51,082 nucleotides of DNA. Origin: a virus (lineage: Duplodnaviria; Caudoviricetes). Of the stretch, positions 1 through 8,703 are shown in pieces. Every line of letters starts with the position of its first letter. The first letter of the stretch is position 1. Both the position numbers and the translations under genes were made by a program. The DNA lies in IMG/VR virus record IMGVR_UViG_3300049000_000067, positions 1 through 51,082 of that record. The stretch is one strand, 5' to 3'. Below the pieces are notes generated by a model. It ran no database searches and was not told the DNA's origin. It was given only the letters and a program-made list of their open reading frames with translations.

Positions 1-1925
1 CCACGGCCAGCCAGCAGCAGATCAACTGCCCGATGAGTGAGCCCGGGCCGATGGCCGGGATGAGCCGGGCCGCGGTCTGGACCGACGACGAGTGGCGTTT
101 CCACGTGCTGGCCCGGTGGTCGGACGTACGGGCCAAGGCCAAGCGGATCCGCAGCGAGGGCGGGGTCTCGATCGTCTCGTCGCTGGCCGACGGCATGACC
201 GGGCACGTCAACGGCGACACAGGTGTCTACGAGACGCAGATCAACTACGTGCCCGGCAGCTTCAAGATCGGCTTCTGGCAATGCGGCTGCGCCTGGGCGA
301 GCTACGCGTGGGGCCGCTCCCCGGCCTACCGCAAGTTCGAGGGTCGGATGTGCTCGCACGCGCTCGCGCTCACCTACGAGGCGCAGGCCCGCGGAATGTT
401 CGGCCGCCAGGTCACCGAGGACACCGAACGTCCCGGCTGGATGCGGGACAAGGTCCGGGTCCGGCACGACCGCGACACCCGCGACCACGACGTGCGCGCG
501 GCCTCCCTATCCACGTTGGACCCCGAGGGGGTCTATCCAACGGGGCACGGCCTGGCGTTGGACCGCCAGCCGCTCGACGCCTTCGTGGCCGAGGCCTACG
601 CGGTGCGCCAGGATCCGGCCGACGCGTTGCGGGTCGCCATCGCCGCCGGGCTCGACCACACCGAGGCCCGAGCTGCCTCCGATCGGGTGACTTCCGTGGG
701 CTCGGCGAGGGTTTCCCATCTACAGGCACATAAGAGCACCACTACAACCCCCGACAAGCCCAGCGAGCCGACACACGCGGGCGTGGTGCTCAAGGCCCAG
801 GACACCGGCCGGGTGCTGATGATCCAGCGCAGCCACCAGGACGAGGACGACCCGGCCGCGGGCACCTGGGAGTTCCCCGGCGGCGGCCGGGAGGAGGGCG
901 ACCACACGTCGCTGCACTCCGGCATCCGCGAGTTCGAGGAGGAGGTCGGGCACGAGTTCCCGACCGGCGGCCACGTGCAGCACGTCTGGCAGTCCCCGAA
1001 CGGTGTCTACCAGGGCCACGTCGTGGTGATCCCCGAGGAGAAGGCGATCGACCTCTCCGGCGGGCGCCGCACGGTGAACCCGGACGACCCGGACGGCGAC
1101 GACCACGAGCAGAGTGCCTGGTGGGATCCCGACCACGCCCGGAAGAACCCGGCGCTGCGCCCCGAGTGCAAGACCTCTCCCTGGGACAAGATCAAGGCCG
1201 CGTCCCTCCAGCGCACCGCGGACTACGCCAGCCACGACGCGCTGGAGGACGTCGGCATCGACTGGCGCCCGAAGGCCCCTCCGAAGGCCCCAGAGCCCGC
1301 TGACGCGACGAACCCGGGCTCCACGGGGTTCGCCACCGCCCAGGACCCGCCGGAGTGGGAGAACGCCTCTGAGCGGGCCGAGACCATGACCATGTCGATG
1401 TGGTCGAGCTTCACCGGTCCCGAGGACTTCGCCCACAAGGTCATGGACCACTACCACGCGCTCCAGGCCGAGTTCCATGACGAGCCGGAGCCCGCGCTGC
1501 CTTCCACCACGGCTGACGACGAGGTCGACGACGAGGGCTCGCGGTTCCGCTCGCAGATGACCCCGGAGATCGACTCCACCGAGTCGCTCCAGCCCAACGA
1601 CGGCCGGACCGCGAGCGCCGCCGACATCGTGGCCCGTTTCCAGGCCACAGCCGCCGCGCAGGCGCTCCAGACCACCACCGACGGAGGATCCACCATGGAC
1701 ATCGCCGCAGCCGCTCGCGAGCACCTCGCCGCCCGCGGCATCCAGCGCACCGCCCTGAAGGACTTCAGCGCCCAGGAGCAGGCCGCGCTGATCAGCGAGG
1801 GGCAGGGCCAGCGAGCCCGCAACTTCGGCGACCTCAAGATCGAGGGCACGCACTACGAGGCCATCGCCGAGGCCATGGCCAAGGAGCAGTCGCTGACCGA
1901 CGCCGAGGAAGATCTGTTCCTGTGA
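1..1925 (+). CDS. Multidomain head-module protein with SWIM-type zinc finger and Nudix hydrolase domain (probably 5'-truncated by the window)
   Basis: Frame is open from the window edge (TASQQQINCPM...). Contains CxC...CxH (WQCGCAW...MCSHALA, ~280-360) and a Nudix box (GTWEFPGGGREEGDHTSLHSGIREFEEEVG, ~861-950). Lies upstream of the protease/scaffold/capsid genes. Confidence 0.8.
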   Translation, partial: TASQQQINCPMSEPGPMAGMSRAAVWTDDEWRFHVLARWSDVRAKAKRIRSEGGVSIVSSLADGMTGHVNGDTGVYETQINYVPGSFKIGFWQCGCAWASYAWGRSPAYRKFEGRMCSHALALTYEAQARGMFGRQVTEDTERPGWMRDKVRVRHDRDTRDHDVRAASLSTLDPEGVYPTGHGLALDRQPLDAFVAEAYAVRQDPADALRVAIAAGLDHTEARAASDRVTSVGSARVSHLQAHKSTTTTPDKPSEPTHAGVVLKAQDTGRVLMIQRSHQDEDDPAAGTWEFPGGGREEGDHTSLHSGIREFEEEVGHEFPTGGHVQHVWQSPNGVYQGHVVVIPEEKAIDLSGGRRTVNPDDPDGDDHEQSAWWDPDHARKNPALRPECKTSPWDKIKAASLQRTADYASHDALEDVGIDWRPKAPPKAPEPADATNPGSTGFATAQDPPEWENASERAETMTMSMWSSFTGPEDFAHKVMDHYHALQAEFHDEPEPALPSTTADDEVDDEGSRFRSQMTPEIDSTESLQPNDGRTASAADIVARFQATAAAQALQTTTDGGSTMDIAAAAREHLAARGIQRTALKDFSAQEQAALISEGQGQRARNFGDLKIEGTHYEAIAEAMAKEQSLTDAEEDLFL

Positions 1926-2359
1926 CCATCTCGACCTCCGACGACCCGTTCCCGCCGCAGCACAGCGTCGAGCCGCAGGAGCAGCCGCCGCCGTTCGACG
2001 ACATGATCAGTCTGGAGCTGACCCGGCCGGTCGAGCTGGCCCAGCTCCAGGCCGAGATCGCCAAGGCCGTGCACCAGAACATCCAGGTGGCCCAGACCGG
2101 GCCGCAGGAGATGGCGCCGATCTCCGAGGACAACCCGGCCGGGCTGGCCGTCTCGCCGGGCTCGGTGGATCGCGCCACCGTGCAGAAGGTGATCGACGAG
2201 CACACTCCGCAGGAGGGCTACGGGATCCCCGAGGAGTACCGGAAGTTCCTGGAGCTGCTCGATCGGATCGGCTACGACCCGGAGATGGAGCTGACCGACG
2301 ACGAGCTGAAGACCGCGGTGCGCGGTCTGCTCATCAGGGCTGTTCAGCCGATGCCCTGA
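1922..2359 (+). CDS. Hypothetical acidic protein (145 aa)
   Basis: GTGA start/stop overlap with the upstream gene; typical GC3-rich codons. Confidence 0.7.
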   Translation: MTISTSDDPFPPQHSVEPQEQPPPFDDMISLELTRPVELAQLQAEIAKAVHQNIQVAQTGPQEMAPISEDNPAGLAVSPGSVDRATVQKVIDEHTPQEGYGIPEEYRKFLELLDRIGYDPEMELTDDELKTAVRGLLIRAVQPMP

Positions 2360-2360
2360 T

Positions 2361-2400
2361 CCTGTCCGGTTCGTCCGACCGCCGCGGAAGAAGTGAAGGG
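2361..2400 (+). promoter_or_regulatory. Putative late promoter, copy 1 (CCTGTC-N20-GAAGAAGTGAAGGG)
   Basis: Intergenic copy of the repeated bipartite motif, upstream of the membrane-protein cluster. Confidence 0.7.
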
Positions 2401-2438
2401 GTGCGGGTCCGTGCCCCCGTCACGAAGGGGTGGTCCCC

Positions 2439-2597
2439 ATGCTGGTGCTCGTTGCCTTGATCATCGCGCTGCTGCTGGCGATCATCGATCTGGTGCTGCC
2501 GTACGTCGGGCGGGACGTCCGCTTCCGACTGCTGCCGATCTCCGTCATCATCGTCATCGGGGTTCTGATGATCTCCAGCGGAGGCGCTCTCCGCTGA
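2439..2597 (+). CDS. Small two-TM membrane protein (52 aa, holin-like); absent from the ORF track
   Basis: MLVLVALIIALLLAIIDLVLPYVGRDVRFRLLPISVIIVIGVLMISSGGALR; GAAGGGGT upstream; two hydrophobic segments. Confidence 0.7.
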   Translation: MLVLVALIIALLLAIIDLVLPYVGRDVRFRLLPISVIIVIGVLMISSGGALR

Positions 2598-2648
2598 ACG
2601 CAGTAACCTAGTCCGTCTCCTGGTCGTTGTGTGGCTGGAGGAGGACGA

Positions 2649-3065
2649 ATGGCTTCCGATGCGGTGGTGCGGACATTTCCTCCTTTCATCCGGTGGTCAT
2701 TGATCAGTACGACCGTCGTCGTGGGCGCCGGTTACGCCTTCGGGCCGCCGAGTTTCTCCAGCGCGACCAGCTTCGACGCGCTCAAGAGCATCCCCTGGCT
2801 GCCGTTCCCGTTCTGGGGCTTCGCCTTCATGTTCTGCGGGATCATGATGGCGAGCACCCGCCTGGTCGGGTACGGGCTCGGAGTCATGATCTGGGGTGTC
2901 TGGGGCTCGGCCCTGCTGCTGGCCGCCCTCGACGGCAAGCTCTCCGGGTGGGGCGGCCTCATCCACCCCTTCTTCATGGTCGCGATCTGCGGCTATGAGG
3001 TCTTCCGGTGGGGTCAGCTCCGCCTGGCGCGCGCGCGTGCTCGACAGCGGGATCGATCCGGGTGA
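2649..3065 (+). CDS. Multi-pass (~4 TM) membrane protein with basic C-terminus, possible holin
   Basis: GGAGGAGG RBS before ATG 2649; several hydrophobic stretches; RLARARARQRDRSG tail. Confidence 0.65.
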   Translation: MASDAVVRTFPPFIRWSLISTTVVVGAGYAFGPPSFSSATSFDALKSIPWLPFPFWGFAFMFCGIMMASTRLVGYGLGVMIWGVWGSALLLAALDGKLSGWGGLIHPFFMVAICGYEVFRWGQLRLARARARQRDRSG

Positions 3066-3583
3066 TTTTCACGGCCGCCGCCGAGGACGCGGCCAGCTCG
3101 GGCGGCCCGATGATCGTGGTCATCTTGGGGGTAGTCACGCTCCTCGGCACCATCGCCACCGCCATGGGTCCCACGTTCGTCGAGATGACGAAGAACCGTG
3201 GTCTACGAGTGCGCCCGGCCAGCGGCAGTAGTCCACCGGTGCCCGCCGGTGCCGCGCCGCCACCGAACCCTGCTCCCCCGCTCCCCCCTGAACACTCCCC
3301 GGTGGCAAACGCAATGGTGGCCTCGGCATCTGCTGGTCTGAGCATGGTTGAAGCCGCGGTGCTTGATTACCGTGAGCAACGCGATGCAGCTCGTCGAGCG
3401 GCCGAGGATCTCCAGGACGAGCTGGACGATGCGAACGCCTACATCCGTGACCAGGCGGTCTACATTGCCCGGCTGGAGTCCGACAACGAACAGCTCCGGG
3501 CCCGACTCGGAGTGCCACGACAGAATTACGGAGGGCGACACGGGTCGTCTGCCGAGACCCGAGCACCCTGGACCGGATCATGA
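3062..3583 (+). CDS. Single-TM membrane protein with Pro-rich linker and coiled coil (lysis-accessory-like)
   Basis: GTGA overlap at 3062; MIVVILGVVTLLGTIATAMG TM segment; heptad-like segment YREQRDAARRAAEDLQDELDDANAY. Confidence 0.65.
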   Translation: MIFTAAAEDAASSGGPMIVVILGVVTLLGTIATAMGPTFVEMTKNRGLRVRPASGSSPPVPAGAAPPPNPAPPLPPEHSPVANAMVASASAGLSMVEAAVLDYREQRDAARRAAEDLQDELDDANAYIRDQAVYIARLESDNEQLRARLGVPRQNYGGRHGSSAETRAPWTGS

Positions 3584-4578
3584 CCGCACCCCCGCAGTTC
3601 GAGGACATCGTCGCCCAGGGGCTGGCCGATGTCCGGGTGGCTCTCGAAGAGATGCCTGACGCCACCCGGGCCGAGGTCAAGCAGGTCCTCGACTCCGACG
3701 AACTGGTCACGCGAGTGGTCAACATCGTCTTGCCGGTGATGGATGAGCAGTTCCGCAAGAAGTACTACCGGAAGATCATCTTCGCGGTCGGGGGCCTGCT
3801 GGTGTTCTTCGCCATCGCCACCGCCATCGCCTTCAACCAGATCGCCAAGGTGGCTGCGATCAACGCGCAGACCAACACCAATCAGGACGCGGCCATCGAG
3901 CGCTCGCAGATCTCCATCGGCGCCTTCCAGGATCAGCTCGCGCAGGCCAACGCCAAGCTCGCCGAGCAGGGCCTGCCGACCATCCAGGCGCCAGGGAACG
4001 TGCAGCCGGGCACCCCGGAGCAGGCGCAGCTCAGCGTGGCGGCGGCCACCGCATCGACCCTGGCCAACCTGCCCCGAGAGGTGCTGGTCAAGCCCGAGCC
4101 CGCCGACATCGCCAAGGCCGTGTCGGACTACATCGTGGCCAACCCGGTCCCGATCCCACCGGACCAGATCATCAACGCCGTAGCCACGTACATGGCGAGC
4201 AACCAAGAGGCGCTGCGCGGCCCGGAGGGCAAGAACGGACCCGCCGGACCCCCGGGCGATCCGCCCTCGGCCGAAGAGATCCGGGCGGCGTTCCGCGCCG
4301 AGGTCGCGGCCAACCCCCAGGTGCTCTGCCCGCAGGGTGGCGAGTACTCGTCCAAGGTCGTTCTGTTGGCCAACGGCAACTCAGCGGAGCAGACCACCTG
4401 CTTCGGCCCTGAGGTGCCGCCCCCCAGCGGTACCGGCGGTGGCGGCATCCTGACCCCCGATCCGAACGCCGGGCCCACCACGGCCCCGCCTGCCCCCGGT
4501 GGCGGGGTGACCCAGCCACCCCCGGCGACGAGCGATCCGCCGACGCCCACCACGACCCCTGAAGGGGGTCTGTTCTGA
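3580..4578 (+). CDS. Single-TM membrane protein with coiled coil, short collagen-like stretch and Pro-rich tail
   Basis: RKKYYRK followed by IIFAVGGLLVFFAIATAIAF; GPEGKNGPAGPPGD; a C-terminal Cys pair; ATGA overlap. Confidence 0.7.
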   Translation: MTAPPQFEDIVAQGLADVRVALEEMPDATRAEVKQVLDSDELVTRVVNIVLPVMDEQFRKKYYRKIIFAVGGLLVFFAIATAIAFNQIAKVAAINAQTNTNQDAAIERSQISIGAFQDQLAQANAKLAEQGLPTIQAPGNVQPGTPEQAQLSVAAATASTLANLPREVLVKPEPADIAKAVSDYIVANPVPIPPDQIINAVATYMASNQEALRGPEGKNGPAGPPGDPPSAEEIRAAFRAEVAANPQVLCPQGGEYSSKVVLLANGNSAEQTTCFGPEVPPPSGTGGGGILTPDPNAGPTTAPPAPGGGVTQPPPATSDPPTPTTTPEGGLF

Positions 4579-4598
4579 GGCACGAAGGAGACCCGTTC

Positions 4599-4826
4599 AT
4601 GGTCCGTGGAGCCCGCCGCCGCACCCGCACCCGATCGAACCGGAAGTGGGTGATCGAGCTGAGCGACGACGGCTCCGCGGCGGTCATCCGCAACGGCCGT
4701 CAGGTGCACGTCGGCGACGACGATGATGCCGCGCTGACGTACGTCCGGCGCAACCGCAGCGAGAATGATCGAGTGATTCAGCGCGAGCCGGACGGTGTCG
4801 AGAAGGACATCACTCGCCAGACCTGA
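4599..4826 (+). CDS. Small hypothetical protein (75 aa, basic N-terminus)
   Basis: GAAGGAG RBS before ATG; fills the gap before motif copy 2. Confidence 0.65.
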   Translation: MVRGARRRTRTRSNRKWVIELSDDGSAAVIRNGRQVHVGDDDDAALTYVRRNRSENDRVIQREPDGVEKDITRQT

Positions 4827-4867
4827 CCTGTCGATCCTGTGGCGAGTCCTGCCGAAGAAGTGAAGGG
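4827..4867 (+). promoter_or_regulatory. Putative late promoter, copy 2
   Basis: CCTGTC at 4827 and GAAGAAGTGAAGGG at 4854; upstream of the protease gene. Confidence 0.7.
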
Positions 4868-4882
4868 CAGGAGGTCCGCGTC

Positions 4883-6856
4883 GTGCAGAAGTTCGCCACC
4901 TACGAGATCCTCGGGCACAGCCTTGCTCAGGGCCATTCTCCCGCCCTGATGCGAACGGCACATCGTGCTGAATTCCATTACACCCCCAGGCACGGTTTTC
5001 TCTACGTCCGTTCCCGGATGATTTCGTCGCGGTGCAACGACAACTTCGACGAGTTCCCGGCGGAAGAGATCGAGAAGGGGTACATGACGTTCATCGGGAA
5101 GCCGGTGTTCGTCAACCATGCCAACCACGATCACACCCGCAACCGGGGCGTGATCATCGACGTGGCGCTGCACAAGGACGCGAACCGCGACGGCTCCCCA
5201 GACACCTGGGTCGAGGGTCTGATGGAGATCGATGCCCTGACCTACCCGAAGCTCGCCGCCGCGATCATCGCGGAGGACGTCGACCGCACCTCGATGGGCG
5301 TGGACGTTGCCTTCTCCATCTGCGCCGCGTGCGGCAACAAGGCCACCACGCCGCTGGAGTACTGCCGCCACATCCCGGCGATGAAGGGGATGAAGCTCGC
5401 CCGGCGCACCGCCGACGGCACGTCCCGGCCGGAGCTGGTCCGCGAGCGCTGCTACGGCCTGGCCTTCTTCGAGAACAGCCTGCTGGTCGAGCAGCCCGCC
5501 GACCCGACCGCGTACTTCCTGGACAAGCCCGTGCTGGGCCCCGGACTGGAGCACCTCGCGATGACCCGACCGTCGCAGTACACCGTGGGCCACGGTCTGG
5601 AGACCCGCACGGTCTCCGCCAGCGCGAGCCCGCGGGTCTCGATGAGCCTGCCGCCGATGGCCCGCCAGGCGAACCTGCACGCCACGGCCCCGGCTCCGCG
5701 GGCGCTGCACGTGGCCGCCGGAGGGGTGTGCCCGGCCTGCCGCGGGACGAACACGATCGCGGTGCACGGCTCCGGCGAGTGCTTCGACTGCGAGCACACC
5801 TACGACGCGCTAATGCACGAGGCGCGTCTCCAGGAAGACCAGCCGCTCGAACCCCTCGTCCCGCACAAGCGAGTCGACGACATGGAGCCCCACGAGAAGA
5901 CCGCGTGGAATTCGGCTCTGAAGACGCACTCCGCGGAATGGCACAAGCGCAACCCGATGTCGGCCCAGAACATCGTCGACCATTGGCACGCCGCCACTCC
6001 TGACGAGAAGGAGAACGGCAAGAACTGGTACGGCGATGCGCACCATGGCACCCGGATGCTCGCCGAGCACACCGGTACGCCGATGCACGTCGCGGCAGGG
6101 CTGGTCTCGAACTACAGCCCGCAGACGCATTGGGCCACCAACATCACCACGGCGGCCAAGGTCATGCGCACGAAGCAGGCCGTCGGCGGCCCGGGCAACC
6201 GGGACGGCGCCAACGGCAAGGGGATCCTCGCGTCCAACAGCCAGAAGGCCAAGGCGCACGAGATGATCACCAACCACACGCACTACAACGACCTGCTGGC
6301 CGGGCCGAAGACGCGCGCCTTCGCGCACCTGATCGAGCACGGCGGCGACTCCCACGAGGACCTGGCCGCGGGCAAGAGCCGGGTGGTCGTCGACCGGCAC
6401 GCGCTCTCGGTGGCTGCGGGCGCGCGTGCCTCCGACGCCGCCTACGGGCACTCCGGGCTGAGCGGCAAGAAGAAGTACTCCGAGGCTGAGGGCCACTACC
6501 AGGAGGCGGCCCGGCAGATCTCCCAGCACGAGGGCGAGACCATCCACCCGCACCAGGTGCAGGCAGCCACCTGGCTGGTCCGTCAGCGGCTCAACGAGGA
6601 GCACGACCGGACTCTGGTCGGCAACGGCTCGCGATCGGCCGGGGCGGCGCAGACCGCGATCCACCACATGCAGAGCTACATGGGCGAACACCACCCGTCG
6701 CTGTCGCTCCAGATGCCGGGCACCGGCTACTCCAAGCGCGGCGACAGCGGCCCGACGCCGCTGGAGAAGACCACCTTGGAAGACCACGCGACCTCTCCGG
6801 GAGCAGGGGCGCGGAAGGCAGGCTCGACCCCCGGGAGCCGCCGGGGGCGACAGTAG
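4883..6856 (+). CDS. Capsid maturation (prohead) protease fused to a Zn ribbon and an HhH-glycosylase-like domain
   Basis: GKPVFVNH (candidate catalytic His), TSMG (candidate Ser), CxxC...CxH, and FFENSLLVEQPADPTA fit a prohead protease; CPAC...CFDC ribbon; extra domain NIVDHW..AT..E...G..WY..AH...VDRHA...VQAATW. AGGAGG RBS; position before scaffold and capsid. Confidence 0.75.
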   Translation: MQKFATYEILGHSLAQGHSPALMRTAHRAEFHYTPRHGFLYVRSRMISSRCNDNFDEFPAEEIEKGYMTFIGKPVFVNHANHDHTRNRGVIIDVALHKDANRDGSPDTWVEGLMEIDALTYPKLAAAIIAEDVDRTSMGVDVAFSICAACGNKATTPLEYCRHIPAMKGMKLARRTADGTSRPELVRERCYGLAFFENSLLVEQPADPTAYFLDKPVLGPGLEHLAMTRPSQYTVGHGLETRTVSASASPRVSMSLPPMARQANLHATAPAPRALHVAAGGVCPACRGTNTIAVHGSGECFDCEHTYDALMHEARLQEDQPLEPLVPHKRVDDMEPHEKTAWNSALKTHSAEWHKRNPMSAQNIVDHWHAATPDEKENGKNWYGDAHHGTRMLAEHTGTPMHVAAGLVSNYSPQTHWATNITTAAKVMRTKQAVGGPGNRDGANGKGILASNSQKAKAHEMITNHTHYNDLLAGPKTRAFAHLIEHGGDSHEDLAAGKSRVVVDRHALSVAAGARASDAAYGHSGLSGKKKYSEAEGHYQEAARQISQHEGETIHPHQVQAATWLVRQRLNEEHDRTLVGNGSRSAGAAQTAIHHMQSYMGEHHPSLSLQMPGTGYSKRGDSGPTPLEKTTLEDHATSPGAGARKAGSTPGSRRGRQ

Positions 6857-6881
6857 GGCCGTCCTGGCCCCCAGGACGGCC
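6824..6881 (+). promoter_or_regulatory. Two GC-rich hairpins flanking the protease TAG (candidate recoding signal)
   Basis: CCCCCGG/CCGGGGG stem (6828-6847), CAG TAG (6851-6856), then perfect 11-bp stem GGCCGTCCTGG-CCC-CCAGGACGGCC (6857-6881). Confidence 0.55.
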
Positions 6882-7688
6882 TACAACGAGACCCGGGCCC
6901 CGAACGAGGTAGACACCCTGCGGGACGAGGCCTGCCCGGTCTGCGGCGAGACGGACGCCTGGGACGGCGACGAGTGCAAGGTGTGCGGCTTCGTCGCCCC
7001 GCCGAGCAAGTTCCAGGACCCCGACGTCGACCTGCACCAGAAGCTCGACCTGCGCCAGGACCAGGCGCCGGAGGGCGGTGACGTCAACGACCTCAACGCG
7101 GACATCAACGACCGCGACCGGGACGGGCTGGACGACGAGAGCGGCCAGCCGATCGGCGCCGAGGACGAGCTGGGAGCCGACGACACGCAGCCGATGGTGA
7201 CCTGCCCGGCGTGCGGCTACGAGGCCCCGGCGGCCGAACCGCAGACGGTCTCTACCGAAGATTCGGTGATGGGCGACGCCGCTGCGATGCCCGACGAGTC
7301 TGCCGGTGCCGCCAGCGCCGGGGACCTGTGCCCGAACTGCGGCCAGGCCCCGCTCATGTCCCCGCAGGAGATGGCCGAGGCGGGTCTGGGTGCCGAGCCC
7401 GGCTCGATGCCCGGCGAGGACGAGCCGGACCCGGAGGCGGTCGAGGACGGCCACGACGACGACAACCCCTTCCAGCAGGGGCCGGACGACGAGGACCCCG
7501 AGGCAGACCCCGACGCGGACCCGAATGCCGATGAGGATCAGGACGGCATTCCCGACCACGACGAGGACGCGGACGGCGACGGCATTCCTGACGACCAGGA
7601 AGACGACGACGAGGAAGAAGACGAGGACGAGGATGACGACGATCATCCGTTCCCGCCTCCTGCCAAGAAGAAGCCTTTCCCCAGTTAA
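6873..7688 (+). CDS. Zn-ribbon / highly acidic protein segment, probably the +1-frame C-terminal extension of the protease
   Basis: Protein-like reading begins RTAYNETRAPNEVDTLRDEACPVCG...CKVCG, upstream of the first standard start codon (GTG 6981, which falls inside a CxxC). Further CPAC and CPNC motifs; Asp/Glu-rich tail with DxDGIPD repeats. Confidence 0.7.
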   Translation, partial: RTAYNETRAPNEVDTLRDEACPVCGETDAWDGDECKVCGFVAPPSKFQDPDVDLHQKLDLRQDQAPEGGDVNDLNADINDRDRDGLDDESGQPIGAEDELGADDTQPMVTCPACGYEAPAAEPQTVSTEDSVMGDAAAMPDESAGAASAGDLCPNCGQAPLMSPQEMAEAGLGAEPGSMPGEDEPDPEAVEDGHDDDNPFQQGPDDEDPEADPDADPNADEDQDGIPDHDEDADGDGIPDDQEDDDEEEDEDEDDDDHPFPPPAKKKPFPS

Positions 7689-7699
7689 TGGGTGAAGAG
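7659..7699 (+). promoter_or_regulatory. Degenerate copy of the putative late promoter
   Basis: CCTGCC at 7659 and TAATGGGTGAAGAG at 7686 (same 27-nt offset); upstream of the scaffold-like gene. Confidence 0.4.
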
Positions 7700-7726
7700 A
7701 CCACTTCCATCGAAGGAGAAGAGTAG

Positions 7727-8662
7727 ATGGGTCGCCCAGCTCTCGAAGCGCTCGCCGCTCAGCAGCGTGTCATCGACGCCCAGGCCGCCACGATCCAGCG
7801 CCAGGCCGGAGTCATCCAGGCCCAGGGTCAGCGGATCGGACAGCACGAGCGGGTCTTCGCGCAGCAGCGCTCGCAGATCTCCGCCCTCGGCCGTGGCCTC
7901 CGCGCCATCGCCCAGGTCGCGGGGATCGAGGGGCACGTGCGCACCGCGATGCTGCACACCGCCGACGAGCAGAACCCGGCACAGCCGATCCCGGAGCCCC
8001 CGGCCGAGCCGCCGGTGCAGACCACCCAGGAGGTCGAGACGCCGGAGGCCATGGCCGACGTCAACAGCCCCGGCCTGGTCCCGGGCTCGACCAACGACGT
8101 CGCAGCCGACGTGACCTCCACCGTCTACACCCCCGGTGCGGACGTGCCGGGTCCGGCGGTGAAGAACCTGGTGGACGTGACCGCCCCGGTCGACGGCACC
8201 CAGGGCCCGCGCCCGCTCAACGAGGTGCGCACGCTGACCGATGTGCGCGTGGGCGACCCGATGAACCCGGCGCCCGCCTTCCCGCTGCGTGGTGACTTCG
8301 CCAACGGCCAGCGGCTGGGCTCGAAGGAGGCGGCGGCCAACCGCACCATGGCCGCGCTCCGGCTGGCTCGACTGCGCATGCAGGCGGGCGTCGCCCAGGG
8401 CGACAGCGACTTCGAGGTGGCCGCGGGCATCGAGCGTGACGCCGCCATGACCACCGAGAAGATCGTGGCCGAGATCGGCACCCTGGAGGGGGTCCAGAAG
8501 GCGGCCTCCTCCAAGCAGGTCGAGCGCCCCGGTGGGCTGGTGCCGCGGTCGGCGGCCAAGGCCCACAGCACCACGGCCTCCATGGCCAGCCAGTCGAACC
8601 TCGGCACCCGCACGGCGGGTGTTTCCGACGACGACACCGCGGATGCCGATCTGTTCGACTGA
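7727..8662 (+). CDS. Probable capsid scaffolding protein
   Basis: Between protease and capsid genes; N-terminal Gln-rich coiled coil, Pro/acidic linker, helical C-terminus; GAAGGAG RBS. Confidence 0.6.
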   Translation: MGRPALEALAAQQRVIDAQAATIQRQAGVIQAQGQRIGQHERVFAQQRSQISALGRGLRAIAQVAGIEGHVRTAMLHTADEQNPAQPIPEPPAEPPVQTTQEVETPEAMADVNSPGLVPGSTNDVAADVTSTVYTPGADVPGPAVKNLVDVTAPVDGTQGPRPLNEVRTLTDVRVGDPMNPAPAFPLRGDFANGQRLGSKEAAANRTMAALRLARLRMQAGVAQGDSDFEVAAGIERDAAMTTEKIVAEIGTLEGVQKAASSKQVERPGGLVPRSAAKAHSTTASMASQSNLGTRTAGVSDDDTADADLFD

Positions 8663-8703
8663 GCCGCTCGCCTCGGCCTTACGGACCCCGCCGAGCTGAG
8701 CAA

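Noticed and set aside
2393-2611. 72-aa ORF from the track
   Set aside because: The overlapping frame 2439-2597 gives a far more convincing two-TM protein with an RBS.
6851-6874. Matched-codon hop from CAG 6851 to CAG 6872
   Set aside because: The landing codon is in the same frame as the protease and would not enter the downstream coding frame.
6981-7688. Independent gene starting at GTG 6981
   Set aside because: The start falls inside a CxxC motif, lacks a clear RBS, and omits ~36 codons of good upstream coding sequence.
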